Shown here piece by piece: positions 10,090 to 15,860 of a stretch of 15,860 nt of DNA. Origin of the DNA: Octopus sinensis (lineage: Eukaryota); the NCBI RefSeq assembly GCF_006345805.1, contig NW_021825350.1:1-15860 (forward strand), given 5' to 3'. The translations under genes were made by a program, and so were the position numbers. Below the pieces are notes generated by a model that saw nothing but the letters and a program-made list of their open reading frames with translations, did not search any database and had not been told where the DNA came from. How positions within the stretch are numbered: position 1 is the stretch's first letter; every line of letters begins with the position of its first letter.

Positions 10090-10948
10090 TCAAAGTATTC
10101 TATCATGGACCAATAACTGGATTACTAACTCTCACGTTTGCAATTTCCGGAACAGGAAATATCAACCAAATATTTGATGCATAAGATGGACATAGATGCA
10201 GGAAAAACACCAAAGTATGATAACCGATGCAGACTTTGTAGAGTTAATACTGAAGATATTACCCACATTATAAGCAGTTGTCCGAAAATATCATCGCCGT
10301 ATTATCTACCGATGAGACCCGATGTTGTAACTAGGAGTCTGTATAATGAAATCCGTCTGGAGAATAACACCAAAGAAATAAGAGCCTGGTGGAATGTCCC
10401 AATGAAAACCTCAATAAAATGTAAACATAATAAATTTGGTATAGTGATTTGAGACAGAGAAGAGAAACTGAATACAGTAGTGGAAATCAGCTGCCCAGCG
10501 AATGTTTAACATAAAGCTGAAGATCAGCGAAAAATACCTACGCAGTATTATTGAGAAATCTACAGTTATTCTATCCAAATTTCAAATTCAGGCTCATGCC
10601 TGTAATTATTAGGGCACTGGGATGTGTAACACACTGCCTAAAACCAATCTTGAGGAATTAAACTTCTCAAAACCAGAAAGGCAAAAGCTGATTCGAAGGC
10701 TAAAAATCCAAACCATCACTGGAACTGTAAATATCTGTAAAACTTTCCAGAAGTTTATCATGAGAATACATACATATAAAAAAAAACATACATATCTGCA
10801 CATGCACTGACTCTAACTACTGCACGTATACCCAACTACATGCAAAAGTACTCTGTTCATGTTGAAATTCCAATGAAGGAACCTTGGATCTAGGTTAGAA
10901 ACAGGTTCCTTTTCTATTAGAAAGAAATCTTGAAATAAAACTGAATAA
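10089..10948 (+). pseudogene. RLE non-LTR retrotransposon 3' fragment D (R4/Dong-like): CCHC zinc knuckle, endonuclease and 3' UTR
   Basis: SILSWTNNWITNSH../EQEISTKYLMHK..DNRCRLCRVNTEDITHIISSCPKISSPYYLPMRPDVVTRSLYNEI..WWNVPMKTSIKCKHNKFGIVI*DREEKLNTVVEISCPA..LLRNLQLFYPNFKFRLMPVIIRALGC..TNLEELNFSKPERQKLIRRLKIQTITGTVNICKTFQKF; CxxC-x8-H-x4-C knuckle; frameshifts and stops; UTR ends gaaataaaactgaataatg. Confidence 0.9.
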
Positions 10949-11205
10949 TGGATTACACGATGGCTCTACCTCGTTCACGTGTATAAGATGACAATGCTAT
11001 TATATCATGGAATTCCTACACATGATTTTTAAAGTAAAGAGAAACCTTGCACACAATCAGTCCCATTCTCTGAACAATGATGACAGAAACCCCTAAAAGA
11101 AAAATAAACTAGTCAACATCATTGGCTGCTATAGAGTCGCAGGTTTTACATCAGAATATTCCTTCTCTTAAATTAATAACAAGCAGTAGGGGTCACCCAC
11201 TTCCA

Positions 11206-11264
11206 ACATACATACATACATACATACATACATACATACATACATACATACATACATACATACA

Positions 11265-11298
<34 letters not shown>

Positions 11299-11305
11299 CA
11301 TACAT
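11206..11305. repeat. (CATA)n microsatellite
   Basis: Direct reading. Confidence 0.98.
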
Positions 11306-11644
11306 GATAAAAGTCAACTCTTGACTGATTAAGACTACTTTCTAAACTCAGTAAATCTATCAAACATTCCAAGAAACCAAGAAATTATTTCTGCGTGAGT
11401 TTGTTGTGAGTGGTCAAAGAGTTACACAGCACTGAATCCATGTTACAGCTCAATCAGCTATAAAACCAGTGGCACAATGGAGGATGAGACGACAAGGAAC
11501 CAACTGCATTTCAAAGTGTTTTTTTATACGAGTTCAACTTATCTAAGAAGTAAGTTCTAACGAAAACTAGGGGTCCTTTACTACCAGTAGTTCAGCATTT
11601 ACAAAACCTTTAGCTTAGATCTTAAAAGGTGGTACTAGTCCAGA

Positions 11645-11783
11645 TCATACATATGTCCATACATATATATATATATATACACATATATACATGCATATTA
11701 TACATACATACATATATACATATGTACATACAAGCACACACGTTTAGTATATACCTACTATTACATATATACATATGTATGCA

Positions 11784-11844
<61 letters not shown>

Positions 11845-12033
11845 TACCTGTATGCATACATTCAAGCTCATATATGTAACTGTCCAATCAGTTCTGAATA
11901 TGTATGTCTATACATACACATCTACTTATAGATATGAGCACCTGGGCATACATACATACATACATACATACAAACATACATACATACATACATACATACA
12001 TACATACATACATACATACATACATACATACAT
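11645..12033. repeat. (TA)n/(CATA)n compound microsatellites
   Basis: Direct reading ((TA)n ~11787-11843, (CATA)n ~11948-12033). Confidence 0.93.
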
Positions 12034-12076
12034 AAATATTGTTATATTTTTGTTTATTATGAGCTGGTTTATTATT

Positions 12077-12430
12077 GTGAGCTGGCAGAAACTTTAGCAC
12101 TCCTTTCATCCTTTCGGGGTCGATAAATTAAGTAACAGTTACGCACTGATGTCGATGTAATCGACTTAATCCCTTTGTTTGTCCTTGTTTATTCCCTCTA
12201 TGTTTAGCCCCTTGTGGGCAATAAAGAAATAAGAAACGTTAGCACGCCGGGCAAAACGCTTAGCATTATTTCGTCTGTCTTTACGTACTGAGTTCAAATT
12301 CCACCGAATTCGACTTTGCCTTTCATCATTTCAGGGTTGATAAATTAAGTACCAGTTGTGTACTGGAGTCGATCTAATCGACAGGTCCCCTCCCCAAAAA
12401 TTTCGGGCCTTGTGCCTAGAGTAGAAAAGT
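12077..12430 (+). mobile_element. tRNA-type SINE (outer copy), split by a nested SINE fragment
   Basis: Head gtgagctggcagaaac..ttagcacgccgggc, B-box-like gagttcaaattcc (12291-12303), central gcctttcatc..ggttgataaattaagtaccag domain, 3' end gggccttgtgcctagagtagaaaag. Confidence 0.8.
12101..12231 (+). mobile_element. 5'-truncated SINE (inner copy) with a different 3' tail, flanked by a 14-bp direct repeat
   Basis: Shares cctttcatcctttcggggtcgataaattaagta with the outer SINE; flanks agaaactttagcac (12087-12100) and agaaacgttagcac (12232-12245). Confidence 0.7.
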
Positions 12431-12492
12431 ATATTTTTGTTTATTATATAGACAGATCTGTGAATTGCTCAGATATGACAACCTGAGACTTA

Positions 12493-12493
12493 T

Positions 12494-12563
<70 letters not shown>

Positions 12564-12603
12564 TATATATACATATTATATTATATTATATTATATTATA
12601 TAT
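12493..12603. repeat. (TA)n/(TATAT)n microsatellite
   Basis: Direct reading. Confidence 0.95.
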
Positions 12604-12967
12604 AATTTAAAGGAGAATTCAGGTAGGTTCAACAATTTAGAATTACAATACAACATATACTCAGCCATAAAACCGGTGCATGCAAATTATTAAAATATGT
12701 TTAATGTATCACTCATTAAAATATTAAAAGATATTAGAAATTTATAGATACATAAATATATAAAAATATAATAGACATATATGGGTAGAAAAATCATACT
12801 GATGTATAATAATATATTAGCATCTTAAAAGGTATATATTGAAAACATCGTCCAACTTACAGATTAAGATCGTTTAAATAATTTACATACAGCTGTTTTA
12901 TGGCTGAGCATATGAGGTATTATGAATCTAAACAGTTGAACCTACCTGAATTCTTCTTTCAAATATA
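12601..12967. mobile_element. MITE with ~75-bp imperfect terminal inverted repeats and an AT-rich core
   Basis: 12609-12678 aaaggagaattcaggtaggttcaacaatttagaattacaatacaacatatactcagccataaaaccggtg vs revcomp of 12890-12959 aaagaagaattcaggtaggttcaactgtttagattcataatacctcatatgctcagccataaaacagctg; the match extends outward to TATA on both sides. Confidence 0.75.
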
Positions 12968-12968
12968 C

Positions 12969-13380
12969 AGGCAGTGTGGTAAGTAGCTTGCTTACGAACC
13001 ACATGGTTCCAGGTTCAGTCGCACTGCGTGGCACCTTGGGCAAGTGTCTTCTACTATAGCCTCGAGCAGACCAAATCCTTTTGAGTGGATTTGGTACACG
13101 GAAACTGAAAGAAGCCCGTCGTATATATGTATATATATATGTGTGTGTATGTATGTGTGTGTATATGTTTGTGTGTCTGTGTTTGTCCCCCCAACTTCGC
13201 TTGACAACCGATGTTGGTGTGTTTACGTCCCCGTAACTTAATGGTTCGGTAAAAGAGATCCGATAGAATAAGTACTAGGCTTACAAAGAATAAGTCCTTG
13301 GATCGATTTGCTCGACTAAAGGCGGTGCTCCAGCATGGCCACAGTCACATAACTGAAACAAGTAAAAGAGTAAAAGAGTA
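12969..13380 (+). mobile_element. Near full-length tRNA-derived SINE (~410 bp) with internal (TA/TG)n and a (gtaaaaga)n tail
   Basis: A-box-like tgtggtaag, B-box-like ggttcagtc, CORE-like ggcaccttgggcaagtgtctt, 3' ggcggtgctccagcatggcc...gaaacaagtaaaagagtaaaagag; partial second copy at 6569-6668. Confidence 0.85.
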
Positions 13381-13585
13381 GATACGTATATACATACATA
13401 CATATCTGCATACAAACTCACACACACACACAAAATTGATATAAACAGCAGTTTGTTTGTTTCACCAAAAAGGAGAATCATAATGGTCACGAAATGTGAC
13501 TAGGGTGTTAGGAAATACCTACATTGCTAGAAATAAGAGCTAAACCGCTCAAATGTTGTAGCTAACGCACATGCATGAAGACATA

Positions 13586-15051
13586 CACTGGTCCGCAAAA
13601 GAAACGCAATTTTTTCAAATGTCATTTTTATATGGTAAATTCTAAAAATTTATTTCAGGGATGTAAGTGTAAATACTCCAAGACATACTGGTTTATGGCT
13701 GAGACCCAAATTGCAGGTACCCTTTCCCTGAAAAGAGATACCAAAACGCAGCTGCGTTGAATGCCGTGGGTGGTAGTCACAAAATTGTAAGGAAAACTGA
13801 AATGCACGTACATCTCGTGAAGGTTCTGGATATAAAAATCAACATGAACCGCGTTCCTGGCATTCGTAATTTGGACGCATCAGGTATGACCCTATTGTCA
13901 GCAACGCAGAGAAAAATCTAACGGCCGATTGCAAACGGCAGCGTGACCTGATTGTTGCGAAACCTTACATTGTCCATGTCAGCACCATCTATCGCCTGCA
14001 ACAGCGACACTGCAGACCGTGGCTGCAGGGAGCGCCCCCGGGTGACCACGCCCAGGTAGGACCTCTTCATCTACTTGCATTACTTCCGTGATCGCTTCAG
14101 ACCGGCCAGCGTGACAGCTCGCGAAACCATTGGCACTGGACAGCGACGACACGGCATGACGTCGACTAGCCGCTAACAACCTGCGTTGCCGTCATCCTGC
14201 TCGAAGTCCTGTCCTCCCCGCTCGCCACTGTCAGGCACGACAACAGTGGGCTACACAGCACCGACATTGGCGGCATCAACAATGGAGGTCGACTGTCTTG
14301 TCTGACGAGAGTCGTTTTCACCTCGGATGGCAGAGTGAGGGTGTGGCGTAGGAGGTGTGAACGCGACAGAGACGCATGTGTCATGTAGAGAGACGCGTGG
14401 GGTGGGCAAAGCATCATGGTTTGGGGTGCTATAGGCCTGACTCACAGATTTGGGCCCCATGTGTTCCAAAATGTTGGTGCAAGCAGAAGGAATGGCATCT
14501 CAGCGCAGCCCTACATTAACAGATCCTAAGACCTCACATCGTGGCCATCGCCTGTCACCATAGTCACGTGTTACAACAGGACAATACTCCCTCCCACACG
14601 ACCAGGATCACCATGGACTTCCTGCGTCAGCACAACATCAGGACAATGCTGTGGCCGGCTCTCAGGTCGGATTTGAACCCAATTGAACACCAGAGACGGT
14701 CGAACCAGGTGGTTCCAAGGCCCACAACTCGTGTGGAACTAGAGGCAGCTTTCCACATGGGGAGGGCACAGGTGAAAATGTGTACTGCTGCATGCACTCC
14801 ATGTACCGACGGTGTATGGCCGCTTTGAACACCCAGGGAGGGCATACATGGTATAGAACATGTCACATCCTACAATCTCGATGTGCTGGATCCGCCCACT
14901 ACCAGAACACATGACAACGACCCATAGAATGTGGTCAAAATGTCTACAAGAAATTGACTTTATCAGATTTATCGAAATTTATCTCTGACATAGTGAAATT
15001 AAAACATATTTTACAGTCACACACTTCTCGCGTTTCTTTTGTAATTCACTG
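13586..15051 (+). mobile_element. Tc1/mariner DNA transposon (Tc1 family), full span, decayed
   Basis: TA flanks (13584-13585, 15052-15053); TIRs CACTGGTCCGCAAAAGAAACGC vs revcomp CAGTGAATTACAAAAGAAACGC (16/22); internal transposase. Confidence 0.9.
13886..14856 (+). pseudogene. Tc1 transposase pseudogene (DD34E)
   Basis: Frameshifted translation: MTLLSATQR..VHVSTIYRLQQR..RPRVTTPR*D..RDRFRPASVTARETIG..WRSTVLSDESRFH..DGRVRVWRRR..SIMVWGAIG..LQQDNTPSH..WPALRSDLNPIEH..GGHTWY; catalytic D 14304, D 14580, E 14685 (34 residues between the second D and E); several stops and frameshifts. Confidence 0.95.
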
Positions 15052-15284
15052 TATACATTAACATTGGACAATAATCGTTCGAAAAGTGCTAATTGAGAAT
15101 TCTTAATACTGACGTCAGTTTCGGCAATTTCCGTTGCCTCATCAGTTAAGCCCGTTCGGATGTTCGGGTCTTTCCGGACCCGCTTCACATTAGTATTTAT
15201 GTTTTCGTCATCCTAATTATTGCATGATTTAGCGATCCGCTAATGTGCATATAGAGAATTAATTATCGTTATTAGTGAATATAG

Positions 15285-15345
15285 TGGATGTACATGGCCT
15301 AGTGGTTAGAGCAGCGGGTTCGAATCTCAGACTGATGTGTGTGTT
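15285..15345 (+). mobile_element. tRNA-derived SINE head remnant with internal deletion
   Basis: A box TGGCCTAGTGG (15295-15305) and B box GGTTCGAATC (15317-15326) only 11 nt apart; no tRNA cloverleaf. Confidence 0.7.
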
Positions 15346-15410
15346 ACAGACTGGAATTTACATTTTTACGATTATAGATAACAATCCGGACTGTAACTTC
15401 TGAACTCGAG

Positions 15411-15860
15411 TCAGGTGCGTGTGAACGATGTCGAGAGATCGTCTGCTGTGAATGATATTTTTTTATACAAGGCACCGCTTTGATGATCTCCAGACGCTGA
15501 ACGAAAATAAATTAACTGCGACCAGGAGCCCGAGTTATTGACTGCAATTACATATTTCAAGTCAGTGTTCGCAGAAACTAAATCAGCTTGCAAGGGACAG
15601 ACGAACTTGCGAGCCGAATAAAAATAAAAAATTATTGGAAACCAAAGTTTGAAAGGATAGAATCCGAGGATAGTAAAGTCACCATGGCTGGCATTTCTTA
15701 ACGACGGACAGCAACATAGTGGCAGTTTAATGGCTGGCGTAAAATTTTGAACTTGATGTAAAAGAAAATTCCTAAACACCAAGTTTTGGAAGTGATTCTT
15801 TCTCTCGACAGTAGACTCACCATGGCAAGAATTCAAAACTTCTTCATGATGGACAGCAAC
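15411..15860 (-). other. Unidentified stop-free frame (150 codons including stop, open to the window edge) in complex sequence, with an internal ~140-bp-period duplication
   Basis: The frame has no stop from 15860 down to TGA at 15411-15413; duplication 15669-15715 vs 15807-15860. No recognisable domain; strand and coding status uncertain. Confidence 0.3.

Noticed and set aside
313-12109. Dozens of ORFs rich in YI, HT, VC, SL, RE, IYLS or MYVC repeats
   Set aside because: They are translations of (TA)n, (CA)n, (CT)n, (GATA)n and (CATA)n microsatellites, which lack stop codons in some frames.
13979-14866. Minus-strand ORFs 13979..14179, 14166..14417, 14251..14469, 14627..14866
   Set aside because: Antisense shadows of the GC-rich Tc1 transposase pseudogene.
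15285-15345. tRNA gene
   Set aside because: A and B boxes present but no anticodon arm or acceptor stem; SINE remnant.
15423-15500. B-box zinc finger (CERCREIVCCE..YTRH)
   Set aside because: Requires a frameshift and a Y-to-H substitution and lacks the N-terminal CxxH; too contrived without an HMM hit.
1-15860. CRISPR arrays, rRNA, prokaryotic operons or defence systems
   Set aside because: No regularly spaced repeats with unique spacers, no rRNA motifs and no gene-dense organisation; the sequence is eukaryotic repeat-rich DNA.

Overview
AT-rich, microsatellite-saturated eukaryotic (animal) genomic DNA. The SINE and interspersed-repeat families resemble, from memory and not from a search, those of octopodid cephalopods (Octopus). 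No intact multi-exon gene is visible, and almost all ORFs in the supplied track are microsatellite translations. Supported content: (i) a 4-kb cluster (~6965-10948) of four 5'-truncated 3' ends of restriction-like-endonuclease (RLE) non-LTR retrotransposons of R4/Dong type, from two families, each abutting simple repeats; (ii) a hAT-type MITE with a perfect 8-bp target-site duplication inserted in one of them; (iii) a full-length but decayed Tc1 (DD34E) transposon at 13586-15051; (iv) several tRNA-type SINEs, one nested in another with a 14-bp duplication; (v) three inverted-repeat (MITE-like) structures; (vi) a candidate promoter plus 21-nt first coding exon at ~4500-4676; (vii) an unidentified, internally duplicated coding-like segment at the right edge. 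The most interesting hypothesis is a (CATA)n-microsatellite-associated R4/Dong-like retrotransposon family. Nothing here demonstrates a wholly new biological system.
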